Positions 36,588-44,632 of a stretch of 64,000 nt of DNA are shown in pieces. Both the position numbers and the translations under genes were made by a program. Positions within the stretch are counted from its first letter, which is position 1. Each line of letters starts with the position of its first letter. Origin of the DNA: an uncultured Lachnospiraceae bacterium (lineage in GTDB: Bacteria; Bacillota; Clostridia; Lachnospirales; Lachnospiraceae). Below the pieces are notes generated by a model that was not told where the DNA came from, ran no database searches, and saw nothing but the letters and a program-made list of their open reading frames with translations. The stretch spans positions 13,738 through 77,737 of the forward strand of contig CANREB010000005.1 of NCBI GenBank assembly GCA_947629525.1, given 5' to 3'.

Positions 36588-37910
36588 TTACTCTGTAAAA
36601 AGATCTTCAAGCTGCTCTACAGTTTCCTCAAAAGTGAGTTTGTCGTCGGTAGACTGCAAAAGAAATTCGTTTACTTCGTCTATCTTGCTTATAGCCCTGT
36701 CGATATTGGGGTTGCTGCCTTTCTTGTAAGCTCCGATATTTATAAGGTCCTCCGCCTCATTATATGTAGCCATTATATTTTTGAGCTTGCCCGCCGCGTT
36801 TTTGTGTTCTTTTGACGCAATCATCGACATACATCTTGAAATGCTCTGCAGCACGTCGATAGCGGGATAATGGTTCCTGTTCGCAAGTTTACGCGTCAGC
36901 ATTATATGTCCGTCAAGGATGCTTCGCGCGGTATCGCATATCGGTTCGTTAAAGTCTTCGCCTTCTACAAGCACCGTGTAAAGCCCTGTAATGGAACCGT
37001 TCTCCGAACATCCGGCACGCTCTAAGAGCTTTGGCATCTCGGAATATACACTGGGCGGATATCCTCTGGTAACGGGCGGCTCGCCGCTTGCAAGCCCTAT
37101 CTCTCTCTGCGCCATCGAAAAACGCGTCAGTGAGTCCATCATGAGAAGTACATCCTTGCCCTGATCCCTGAAATACTCTGCTATCGCCGTCGCGGTCTTT
37201 GCCGCCTTGTTGCGTTCAAGCGCGGGTCTGTCCGATGTCGCCACGACTACTATTGAACGGCGCATACCTTCTTCTCCGAGGTCGCGCTCGATAAATTCCC
37301 TTACTTCTCGTCCGCGCTCTCCTATAAGAGCGATGACGTTTATATCTGCTTTTGTATTACGCGCAAACATGCCCATGAGCGTAGATTTACCTACACCTGA
37401 GCCTGCAAAAATTCCTATACGCTGTCCCTTGCCGACTGTTATCAGCCCGTCAACTGCTTTTACGCCCAATGGAAGGACTTCATTGATAATAGTCCTGCTC
37501 ATCGGGTCGGGCGGCGGCGCTTCAAGCGGATATCTCTTGACTGTGCGCGAATCAGGCTCAAAGCCGTCGATACATCTGCCAAGCCCGTCAAGCGTCTTGC
37601 CAAGAAGACTGTCGCCAACCGATACGCTCAGCGGATAGTTCATATTCTCGACCATACAGCCAAGCCCTATCCCCTCGGTCTCCTCATATGGCATGAGAAG
37701 TGTTTTTTTATCTTTAAATCCTACGACCTCCGCAAGTATTCCGTTCTTTTTTTCCGCGTCGGTATATATCTTGCACAGATCGCCCATCTTGGCATCGGGT
37801 CCCGCCGACTCTATCGTAAGACCGACTACGTTCTCAACCTTGCCAAGCCGCTTAAAATATGATTTATTTAACGCTGTCAAATACTTGTCAAAGGATATAG
37901 CTGTTTCCAT
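36588..37910 (-). CDS. fliI: flagellum-specific ATPase FliI
   Basis: Walker A GSGVGKST, Walker B LLMMDSLTR. 440 aa. Confidence 0.95.
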   Translation of the reverse strand: METAISFDKYLTALNKSYFKRLGKVENVVGLTIESAGPDAKMGDLCKIYTDAEKKNGILAEVVGFKDKKTLLMPYEETEGIGLGCMVENMNYPLSVSVGDSLLGKTLDGLGRCIDGFEPDSRTVKRYPLEAPPPDPMSRTIINEVLPLGVKAVDGLITVGKGQRIGIFAGSGVGKSTLMGMFARNTKADINVIALIGERGREVREFIERDLGEEGMRRSIVVVATSDRPALERNKAAKTATAIAEYFRDQGKDVLLMMDSLTRFSMAQREIGLASGEPPVTRGYPPSVYSEMPKLLERAGCSENGSITGLYTVLVEGEDFNEPICDTARSILDGHIMLTRKLANRNHYPAIDVLQSISRCMSMIASKEHKNAAGKLKNIMATYNEAEDLINIGAYKKGSNPNIDRAISKIDEVNEFLLQSTDDKLTFEETVEQLEDLFTE

Positions 37911-37925
37911 TCAGATCCCCCACTG

Positions 37926-38849
37926 TCATGGCTGGTAGGACAATAATCTCAGTTCCTCGTTGAGCGCCTCAAGCTGCGTACCAAGACTACAGTCGAAAAC
38001 GCCGCTTCCTGTCTCTATCATACATTCATTCTTACCCATAGTAGAGTCTTCGATGATCTCCACATCGTCAGCCGAAATATTGGTATTCTTGATGAGCTCC
38101 CTCTTCTGCATACTGGCAAAGGGGTAATCCTCTTTTGACACATGTATGAGGTAGCTGCCGCTTCCTTCAATATTGCGCATAGTATTCTGGATAAGATATA
38201 CTATAAGTTCTCTCGAATTTTTAAGACTTACATGGAATATATGCTCGTAGATCCTTGTAAGTGTATCTATAAACCTCGGTTCAAGCTCGTCGAGTTTTTT
38301 CTGATATTCTTTTTCCATCATGGCGATCTTCTGTGACGCTTCCGAAAGCGCCTGCTCGCGCTCCTGCGCCACGCTGTCAAGCCCGTCCTGATGTCCCTGC
38401 TCGAAGCCTTCCTGTTTTCCCTGTTCAAGCCCGTCCTGATATCCCTGCTCTTTTGCCTCATCATAAGCCTGCTGTCTTGCTTCCTCTATCTCGACAAGCG
38501 CGCCCTGCTTCATAAGTTCTATCTGTGACTGCGCTTCCGCGATAAGCTCGTCGGCACGCTTTGATATGCCTGACTGTTCGGCTTCCATTACGCTTCCCTG
38601 CGCCGCGCCGTCGGAATTATCCGTTCCGATGATATTGACGTCATCGTCTCCCGCAAGTTCAGACACCTGCATTGCCTCGATGCCGCCTGTAAATCCGTCT
38701 GCGGCTTCGGGATCGTCTCCAAACTCCTGCGCAAGCTTTACGGCTATCTCTTTTAACCGCTGTTCCGCACGCGCATTTGAGTCTATAACTTTTGTATCGG
38801 CAGGGTTTACTATTACCCAGCCTGATTTTAACACGCCGCTTTTAGACAA
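37926..38849 (-). CDS. fliH: flagellar assembly protein FliH
   Basis: Central charged helical repeats (EQGYQDGLEQGKQEGFEQG) and a FliH C-domain. Lies between fliG and fliI, with an 8-nt overlap with fliG. Confidence 0.8.
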   Translation of the reverse strand: MSKSGVLKSGWVIVNPADTKVIDSNARAEQRLKEIAVKLAQEFGDDPEAADGFTGGIEAMQVSELAGDDDVNIIGTDNSDGAAQGSVMEAEQSGISKRADELIAEAQSQIELMKQGALVEIEEARQQAYDEAKEQGYQDGLEQGKQEGFEQGHQDGLDSVAQEREQALSEASQKIAMMEKEYQKKLDELEPRFIDTLTRIYEHIFHVSLKNSRELIVYLIQNTMRNIEGSGSYLIHVSKEDYPFASMQKRELIKNTNISADDVEIIEDSTMGKNECMIETGSGVFDCSLGTQLEALNEELRLLSYQP

Positions 38850-39852
38850 CTATCTCGTCACCTCCGCCTCTGGAAATAACAATTTCACCAGCGTCCTCAA
38901 GTTTCCTTATGATATTTACTATCTTCTGCTGTGCTTCCTCAACATCTTTCATCCTGACAGGACCCATAAATTCCATGTCCTCTTTTATCATTTCTGCAAG
39001 ACGTTTTGACATGTTGCCGAATATAGCGTTCTGAACTTCTTCGTTAGAGCCTTTGCAGGCAATAGCAAGATCGTTATTGTCAACATCCCTGAGCACACGC
39101 TGGATAGCTCTGTCGTCGAGAAGCAGGATATCCTCGAATACGAACATCTTCTTTCTGATCTCGTCCGCAAGTTCGGGTTCTTCCACTTCGAGTGTCTCCA
39201 TGATATGTTTTTCCGTACCACGGTCTACTGTATTTAATATATCCACTACAGCGTCCACGCCGCCGATAATGGTGTAATCCTGATTAACAAGTGAAGAAAG
39301 CTTGGACTCAAGCACTCGCTCAACCTCCTTGATGACATCGGGGCTGGTCCTGTCCATCGTGGCGATACGTCTTGCCACGTCAGCCTGTTTCTCGGGTACG
39401 AGCGCGCCGAGTATCGCCGCCGCCTGACCCGCTGACAGATACGACAAAATAAGGGCAATCGTCTGCGGATGCTCATCCTGTATGAAGTTCAAAAGCTGTG
39501 ACGCATCTGTCTTCTTGACAAATTCAAAAGGCTTAACCTGCAGCGACGCGGTCAGCTTGCCTATAACGTCCATCGCCTTATCGCTGCCAAGCGCTTTTTC
39601 AAGAAGCTCTTTGGCATATCCGATACCGCCTTCCGCTATGTACTGCTGCGCAAGGCACACTTCATAGAACTCGTTTATGACCTTTTCCTTTACGCTGGGT
39701 GAGACACTCTTGGTATTGGCAATCTCAAGGGTCAGATCCTCGATCTCGTCTTCCTTTAAGTGTTTAAATATAAGGGAAGATTTCTCAGGTCCGAGTACTA
39801 TCAAAAGTATCGCCGCTTTCTGCAATCCCTTTAATTCATCTTTATCTGCCAT
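38842..39852 (-). CDS. fliG: flagellar motor switch protein FliG
   Basis: 336 aa. LKGLQKAAILLIVLG N-terminus and a torque-helix region. Confidence 0.93.
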   Translation of the reverse strand: MADKDELKGLQKAAILLIVLGPEKSSLIFKHLKEDEIEDLTLEIANTKSVSPSVKEKVINEFYEVCLAQQYIAEGGIGYAKELLEKALGSDKAMDVIGKLTASLQVKPFEFVKKTDASQLLNFIQDEHPQTIALILSYLSAGQAAAILGALVPEKQADVARRIATMDRTSPDVIKEVERVLESKLSSLVNQDYTIIGGVDAVVDILNTVDRGTEKHIMETLEVEEPELADEIRKKMFVFEDILLLDDRAIQRVLRDVDNNDLAIACKGSNEEVQNAIFGNMSKRLAEMIKEDMEFMGPVRMKDVEEAQQKIVNIIRKLEDAGEIVISRGGGDEIVV

Positions 39853-39858
39853 TAACGC

Positions 39859-41472
39859 TTACCCCCAGTCTTCGTCAAGCCAGTTCCTAAGAAGCGTAGC
39901 AACCGCTTCCGGATTTTCCTCAACGAAGTTTTCTATAAGTTTTCTAGCTTCGGATTTTTGTTCTGTCTCTATGTTCTCAAGCTCATCCTTGGTTGTCTGC
40001 AACAGCTCCTCAACTGAAAGCTCTTCTTCCTCCTCGACCTCTCTCTTGGTCCTCAGGCTCATGATTACCACAAATGCAAGCAGTGCAAGGATGATTATGA
40101 TAAGTATTATCTGAATGATATCCCTTATCTCTATCGTATCTGATACGGCATCCACAAACTGAGGTTCTTCAAACGCAAGGATGCTGACATTGCTTGCGGG
40201 AATGCCTGTAGCGTTCGCCACAAGATTTACCATGTCGTTGTCTATCTCGATCTTGGTCCTCTCGCCGTTCGCAAGTTTGTATTCTTCCCATGATACGGCG
40301 CCGAGAAGTCCCTGAAGTTCAACGTCCTCTTCCCTGACTACGCGGTATCTTATCGCCGATATCGAAACGGAACTGCCGCTGTAAACGATAGTGCCAAGCG
40401 CCTTGTCGGTGTTGGTTATCTTCTCACTCGGAAGATAATCCGACTTCTCTTCACGCGTATTCGCGTTCGTTCCGGTTGACTCTTCTATGTCAACATCCGT
40501 CTCGGAATTAGAGTCGGTCCCGGGCACTCCGCCCACTCCGTCAGTCGAATTGGAACTGTACTCTTCATGATGTGAATAATATCCCTGATCGCCCTGATCA
40601 TCATTCAGATAATAATTGTGATCCGTGATGGTGGTCTGATCAAAATCAAGTTCGATGTTGGCGGCTACCTGTATCTGATTGAACTCGCCCGTGCCAAGCA
40701 GTACATTCTGCACCTCGTTTTTCACAAGGCTCTCGGCATCCTGCTTGTACATCATCATCGTCTTTGCCTTGTCAAGCTGTGAAGATATCTCCTCGACAGG
40801 GAACCATACATGTCCGTTCACGTCAGTGACCGTGATATTGTCGGTCGTGTCATTGCCGAGTCCTGTCGCCATAAACTTCGCTATAGCGGCAGCGTTCTCT
40901 TCCGTGAACTGCGCATCCTCGTTAAGCTCAAGCATAACACTGGCGTATGTCTCACGGTTCTGTCCTATGAGCGTACCGTCGTTCTCCTGCAGAGTGACTT
41001 TCGCCGTCGCCGTCTTGACAGCGGGCATGGATGATATGTCTTCTTCAAGCTGTTTCTCTATGTATACTTTAAATCTTTTCTGTTTATCCGCCTCTGTGGT
41101 AGAAAAACTTCCGTCAAGCACGTCGTCGATAGTATATGCCGTCGTGGAAATAAAGTTAGAGCCTAATACAAGCCGCGCATCGCCTTCCTGCCTGTCAAGG
41201 ACATCAAAATTAAGCCCGTCCGATGTCATCTTGTAATCGTACCCGTTGGTGTCAAGCAGATCCTTTATCACCGCGCCCTCCTGTGTGGAAGCCGCTGTGG
41301 CAAGCGGAACATAATGCTTGTGCGTAAGTACGGCAACAAGAATGCCTATCGCGAGCAGTATCGCAACGCCGATCCCGATAATGATCGTCTTTTGCTTTGG
41401 CTGGAATTTATTCCACCATTCTTTAAGCCTGTCGAGAATTTTCTTACCAAATTCCAATAACTTGTCAACCAT
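39859..41472 (-). CDS. fliF: flagellar MS-ring protein FliF
   Basis: 537 aa with N- and C-terminal TM segments and YscJ/FliF-type ring domains. Confidence 0.92.
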   Translation of the reverse strand: MVDKLLEFGKKILDRLKEWWNKFQPKQKTIIIGIGVAILLAIGILVAVLTHKHYVPLATAASTQEGAVIKDLLDTNGYDYKMTSDGLNFDVLDRQEGDARLVLGSNFISTTAYTIDDVLDGSFSTTEADKQKRFKVYIEKQLEEDISSMPAVKTATAKVTLQENDGTLIGQNRETYASVMLELNEDAQFTEENAAAIAKFMATGLGNDTTDNITVTDVNGHVWFPVEEISSQLDKAKTMMMYKQDAESLVKNEVQNVLLGTGEFNQIQVAANIELDFDQTTITDHNYYLNDDQGDQGYYSHHEEYSSNSTDGVGGVPGTDSNSETDVDIEESTGTNANTREEKSDYLPSEKITNTDKALGTIVYSGSSVSISAIRYRVVREEDVELQGLLGAVSWEEYKLANGERTKIEIDNDMVNLVANATGIPASNVSILAFEEPQFVDAVSDTIEIRDIIQIILIIIILALLAFVVIMSLRTKREVEEEEELSVEELLQTTKDELENIETEQKSEARKLIENFVEENPEAVATLLRNWLDEDWG

Positions 41473-41518
41473 TTGAAACGTATCTCCTTCTTACAAACTT
41501 CAACGATACATTATCTGA

Positions 41519-41869
41519 TTATATCTGTATCTGAATGATGTCACGGTACGCCTCAAGCAGTTTATCCCTGAGCGCTATCGTATAGTTGAGCGCTGTCTGT
41601 GCTTTGCCTACGGCAACGGTAAGATCATGTGTGTTCTCCGATATACCCATAGCCCATTTTAATGTCTCGTTCTCCTTGTCGGAAATGGCTGAGTTGGTAT
41701 CGTTTATATTGCTGACAGCGGCGTTGAGGAATGTATCGAATATATTCTCCCCGCCTGTCACATTATTTGAGTCGGTGCTGTCCGTGCCGATATCGTAAAG
41801 TGATTTTTTAACGGCATCCGAGCTTACGCTGTATAAGCTGTTGATGTCTCTAGCCGGTGTGATAGTCAT
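41519..41869 (-). CDS. fliE: flagellar hook-basal body protein FliE
   Basis: 116 aa with the C-terminal motif AVGKAQTALNYTIALRDKLLEAYRDIIQIQI. Confidence 0.88.
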   Translation of the reverse strand: MTITPARDINSLYSVSSDAVKKSLYDIGTDSTDSNNVTGGENIFDTFLNAAVSNINDTNSAISDKENETLKWAMGISENTHDLTVAVGKAQTALNYTIALRDKLLEAYRDIIQIQI

Positions 41870-41896
41870 TATGTGCCTCCTTATTTATACTCCTGA

Positions 41897-42391
41897 TTAT
41901 TGATTCATCTCAAGTCCTTTGAGTGCCATTGACTTGGACGCTTCAAAAGCCGCCTGATTTGCATCGTAGCCACGGCTTGCATCGATCATGTTAGTCATCT
42001 CGGTAATGATATTGACGTTGGGATAATGTACATATCCGTTCTCGTCGGCGTCGGGATGCTCCGGGTCATATGCGAGCGTCTCTTCCGTCCATGTGTCCTC
42101 ATACAGACCGCCTATCTTAACGCCCTGTCCCGGGCTTGAAAGCTTCGCGGAATTGAGATACCCGAGGGGTCTGCCCGAAAGGTTGCTGAACGCGGTGTCA
42201 AGCATATGCGAAAAATCCCTTGTCTTTATGTCTGATTTCTCTTGGAATGTAACGACTTTACGCACGTAGGGCGTGCCGTCCTCAGTCCTTGTGGAATGAG
42301 CGTTAGCCATATTCTGTGAGATAACGTCCATGCGGTATCTCTCAGCCGTCATGCCCGAAGAGCTGATATCAAATGAAGTAAATAATCCCAT
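41897..42391 (-). CDS. flgC: flagellar basal-body rod protein FlgC
   Basis: SSGMTAERYRMDVISQNMANAHSTRT N-terminus and SRGYDANQAAFEASKSMALKGLEM C-terminus. Confidence 0.93.
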   Translation of the reverse strand: MGLFTSFDISSSGMTAERYRMDVISQNMANAHSTRTEDGTPYVRKVVTFQEKSDIKTRDFSHMLDTAFSNLSGRPLGYLNSAKLSSPGQGVKIGGLYEDTWTEETLAYDPEHPDADENGYVHYPNVNIITEMTNMIDASRGYDANQAAFEASKSMALKGLEMNQ

Positions 42392-42406
42392 AATTCAACC
42401 TCCTGT

Positions 42407-42799
42407 TTACTGCATTACCGAACGAAGCATCGAAAAGTCCATATTCATCAGATCCATCATTCCGTTGTACTTTATCTGGTTCTTTGCCGATATTGCATTT
42501 TCTGTGTTGATGTCAACGTTATTGCCGTCATATCTGTATGAAAGTTCCGAATAGTCGATGTATGTCTGCGGCGTTATCGCGTCAAGGTCAAGATTTTTGA
42601 CTCTCGCATCGACTGTGTCTTCCGTGGCTTTCGCAAAAGCGTTTCTCAGTTCGCGTTCGAAGCGCAGATCCTTTCTTTTATACCCGGGTGTGTTTACGTT
42701 GGCGATGTTGTTGTTGATAAGTTCCTGACGCATAGCCGTGGCGTCAAGTGTCTTGCTCATAAGGTTGATGTAATCGTACACATTGGTTGCTCCTAACAT
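42407..42799 (-). CDS. flgB: flagellar basal-body rod protein FlgB
   Basis: RQELINNNIANVNTPGYKRKD rod motif. First gene of the cluster. Confidence 0.92.
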   Translation of the reverse strand: MLGATNVYDYINLMSKTLDATAMRQELINNNIANVNTPGYKRKDLRFERELRNAFAKATEDTVDARVKNLDLDAITPQTYIDYSELSYRYDGNNVDINTENAISAKNQIKYNGMMDLMNMDFSMLRSVMQ

Positions 42800-42879
42800 C
42801 TTATCACTCCTCCTGACAGTTGTTTGGTTTTATGTTATCTGAACACATATTTACACAATATACACTTTGTCCTTATTTT

Positions 42880-42907
42880 ATTATAGTTTATTTTTAGAAT
42901 ATTTCAA
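42880..42907 (-). promoter_or_regulatory. sigma-A promoter of the fla/che cluster (P-fla/che equivalent)
   Basis: Minus strand TTGAAA-16 nt-TATAAT, about 80 nt upstream of the flgB ATG. Confidence 0.55.
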
Positions 42908-42959
42908 GCATTATTTTTCTTTTCTTGTAACAAACCTGCGGACACATAAGCCTGCAAAC

Positions 42960-42995
42960 AGCAAAAGACCTGCCGTATCGCGCGGCAGGTCTTTG
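42960..42995 (-). terminator. intrinsic terminator (ancestrally for codY, now ending the toxin transcript)
   Basis: 12-bp stem AAAGACCTGCCG / CGGCAGGTCTTT, followed on the minus strand by TTGCTGTTT, so that reading through from the last stem bases gives CTTTTGCTGTTT. Confidence 0.7.
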
Positions 42996-43030
42996 TTTCA
43001 TATATTTCCAAATTTTTACAATTTTTTTAA

Positions 43031-43056
43031 ATTTTATTTTTTCAACTGATGTTTAA
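43031..43056. repeat. 26-bp direct repeat, copy A (duplicate of the codY 3' end), right-hand boundary of the TA cassette in the transcription sense
   Basis: ATTTTATTTTTTCAACTGATGTTTAA is identical to 43759-43784. It contains the toxin stop codon. Confidence 0.9.
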
Positions 43057-43556
43057 AATTGTTTGTCTGATTTTTCCAACTCTTCGAGCAGATATTTTTT
43101 CACATCCGTTATATGTTGGCGGAAACAGTTATTTTTGGAATTTTCAACTGAAAGGATCCTGAAAAGCTTTCGCTGCAGTTCAGAAATCAAATTAGGATTT
43201 TTTATAATATAGTGCTGCCTGTCCGCACCGACATGGATATCATCTATGTATTTATCAATAATAGGTATCGCATCACTGATGAAAAAAACAGACTGCGACG
43301 TGGTTCTGCCGATATGGTAATAGCAGGAACGGATATCACGTTTTGGAAGGTTAAGATAAAAATCCAACCGCCTTTTCTGCGAAGCGTCGCGATGATTTAG
43401 TTTTCCCATTGGAATTGCCCAATAGAGCTGTTCATTTTCCGTTGATTTAACCAAGCATACAATCGGACGATGTTTTGTGTCATTCCATGTGCCGCCGACA
43501 GATTGGATCATTTTCTGAAAATCCGCCGTAGCATAGTAAAGTCCCTGTTCGATCAT
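43053..43556 (-). CDS. type III toxin-antitoxin system toxin, ToxN/AbiQ/CptN-like endoribonuclease (167 aa)
   Basis: Start at ATG 43554-43556 (MIEQGLYYATADF...). ToxN/AbiQ-like pattern HRPIVCLVKSTENEQLYWAIPMGK and FFISDAIPIIDKYI. Upstream context is tandem repeats plus a terminator. The family call is from memory. Confidence 0.65.
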   Translation of the reverse strand: MIEQGLYYATADFQKMIQSVGGTWNDTKHRPIVCLVKSTENEQLYWAIPMGKLNHRDASQKRRLDFYLNLPKRDIRSCYYHIGRTTSQSVFFISDAIPIIDKYIDDIHVGADRQHYIIKNPNLISELQRKLFRILSVENSKNNCFRQHITDVKKYLLEELEKSDKQF

Positions 43557-43577
43557 TCCAGTACCCCGCTTTATGTA

Positions 43578-43605
43578 ATACAAAACCCCCGATATACACC
43601 GGGGG
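43578..43605 (-). terminator. short GC hairpin plus T-run between the repeat array and the toxin ORF
   Basis: Minus strand CCCCCG-gtgtatat-CGGGGG followed by TTTTGTATT. Analogous to the toxI-toxN terminator. Confidence 0.55.
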
Positions 43606-43613
43606 CTGTCAGA

Positions 43614-43698
43614 CAATGTTTCTGTGCCGCACATTGTGAAGCGTACTTTTATAGGCAATGTTTCTGTGCCGTACATTGCGAAACGTTTTTGAATAAGG
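43614..43698 (-). ncRNA. candidate type III antitoxin RNA: two tandem 42/43-nt repeats
   Basis: 43614-43655 and 43656-43698 are about 80% identical. Each has an internal CAATGT...ACATTG inverted repeat. They lie immediately downstream of a consensus promoter. Confidence 0.6.
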
Positions 43699-43719
43699 TT
43701 TGAGCTTCCGCTCATTTTT

Positions 43720-43748
43720 ATTATACTCAAAATATACTAAAATAGCAA
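43720..43748 (-). promoter_or_regulatory. sigma-A promoter of the TA cassette
   Basis: Minus strand TTGCTA-17 nt-TATAAT, with the -10 element ending about 20 nt before the first repeat. Confidence 0.55.
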
Positions 43749-43758
43749 CCCGAATTTG

Positions 43759-43784
43759 ATTTTATTTTTTCAACTGATGTTTAA
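43759..43784. repeat. 26-bp direct repeat, copy B (authentic codY 3' end)
   Basis: Identical to 43031-43056. Encodes the last 7 codons (KHQLKK plus stop region) of codY. Confidence 0.9.
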
Positions 43785-44547
43785 GGTTTTCGACTTCTTC
43801 GAATACTACATCGTTGAGTACTTTGATGTATGTGCCTTTCATGCCGGATGAGCGCGATTCGATGACGCCCGCGCTCTCGAACTTGCGCAGCGCGTTGACT
43901 ATGACGCTCCTTGTGATGCCTACTCTGTCCGCTATCTTGCTTGCGACAATTATGCCTTCCGTGCCGTTTAACTCGTCAAATATGTGCGTGATCGCTTCCA
44001 TCTCGGAAAATGACAGCGTTGAGATAGCCGATTTGACGACTGACACCTTGCGGCTCTCCTCCGCGCTCTCCTCGCTTACGGCGCGCAGCATTTCAAGCCC
44101 CACGACCGTAACGCCGTATTCGCAGAGGATGATATCGTCAATGTCGTACTGCTCTCCGCACTTGTATATAAACAGCGTGCCGAGGCGTTCGCCCGCTATC
44201 TCTATGGGCGTTATCACCGCTTGGAATTTGCGTATGTCGGGACTTTCAAAACCGAGCGTTTCAAGATTGACATTCTCCTTGGTAGACAGCACGCCGAGAA
44301 GACGCTCATTGAGCATCGGGTCTATGAAGCCGCCTACATTGCCGTCAACAAGCTCTTTCAGTTCCTCCACTCCGTCGCAATGGCCTACTCCGAGCACTTT
44401 GCCTTTTCTGCTTATCACCAGTACGTTTGAGTTGACTATCTCACGTATCACGGTGCAGATGTCGTTGAATACTACTTTACTTGAATTATTGTTGTGCAAA
44501 AGCTTACCGATTTTTCTCGTTTTGTCCAATAACTGTACGCTGCTCAT
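43762..44547 (-). CDS. codY: GTP/BCAA-sensing global transcriptional repressor CodY
   Basis: 261 aa with a GAF-like N-terminus and the wHTH ASKIADRVGITRSVIVNALRKFESAGVIESRS. Confidence 0.95.
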   Translation of the reverse strand: MSSVQLLDKTRKIGKLLHNNNSSKVVFNDICTVIREIVNSNVLVISRKGKVLGVGHCDGVEELKELVDGNVGGFIDPMLNERLLGVLSTKENVNLETLGFESPDIRKFQAVITPIEIAGERLGTLFIYKCGEQYDIDDIILCEYGVTVVGLEMLRAVSEESAEESRKVSVVKSAISTLSFSEMEAITHIFDELNGTEGIIVASKIADRVGITRSVIVNALRKFESAGVIESRSSGMKGTYIKVLNDVVFEEVENLKHQLKK

Positions 44548-44586
44548 AACAAACCTCCATTTTGGTGAATTGTTAATATATAGAAA

Positions 44587-44615
44587 ATTTTATCATAATG
44601 GGGTTTATTTTTCAA
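44587..44615 (-). promoter_or_regulatory. candidate sigma-A promoter of codY
   Basis: Minus strand TTGAAA-17 nt-TAAAAT, directly after the topA stop. Confidence 0.45.
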
Positions 44616-44632
44616 TAGTTTGCGACAATATT

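Noticed and set aside
43557-43730. The N-terminal 58 residues of the 225-aa track ORF (MSIIKMSGSS...).
   Set aside because: This stretch is the translation of the promoter, the two tandem RNA repeats (hence MYGTETL / MCGTETL) and the terminator hairpin. There is no SD in front. The ATG at 43556 gives a protein the size of ToxN/AbiQ-type toxins.
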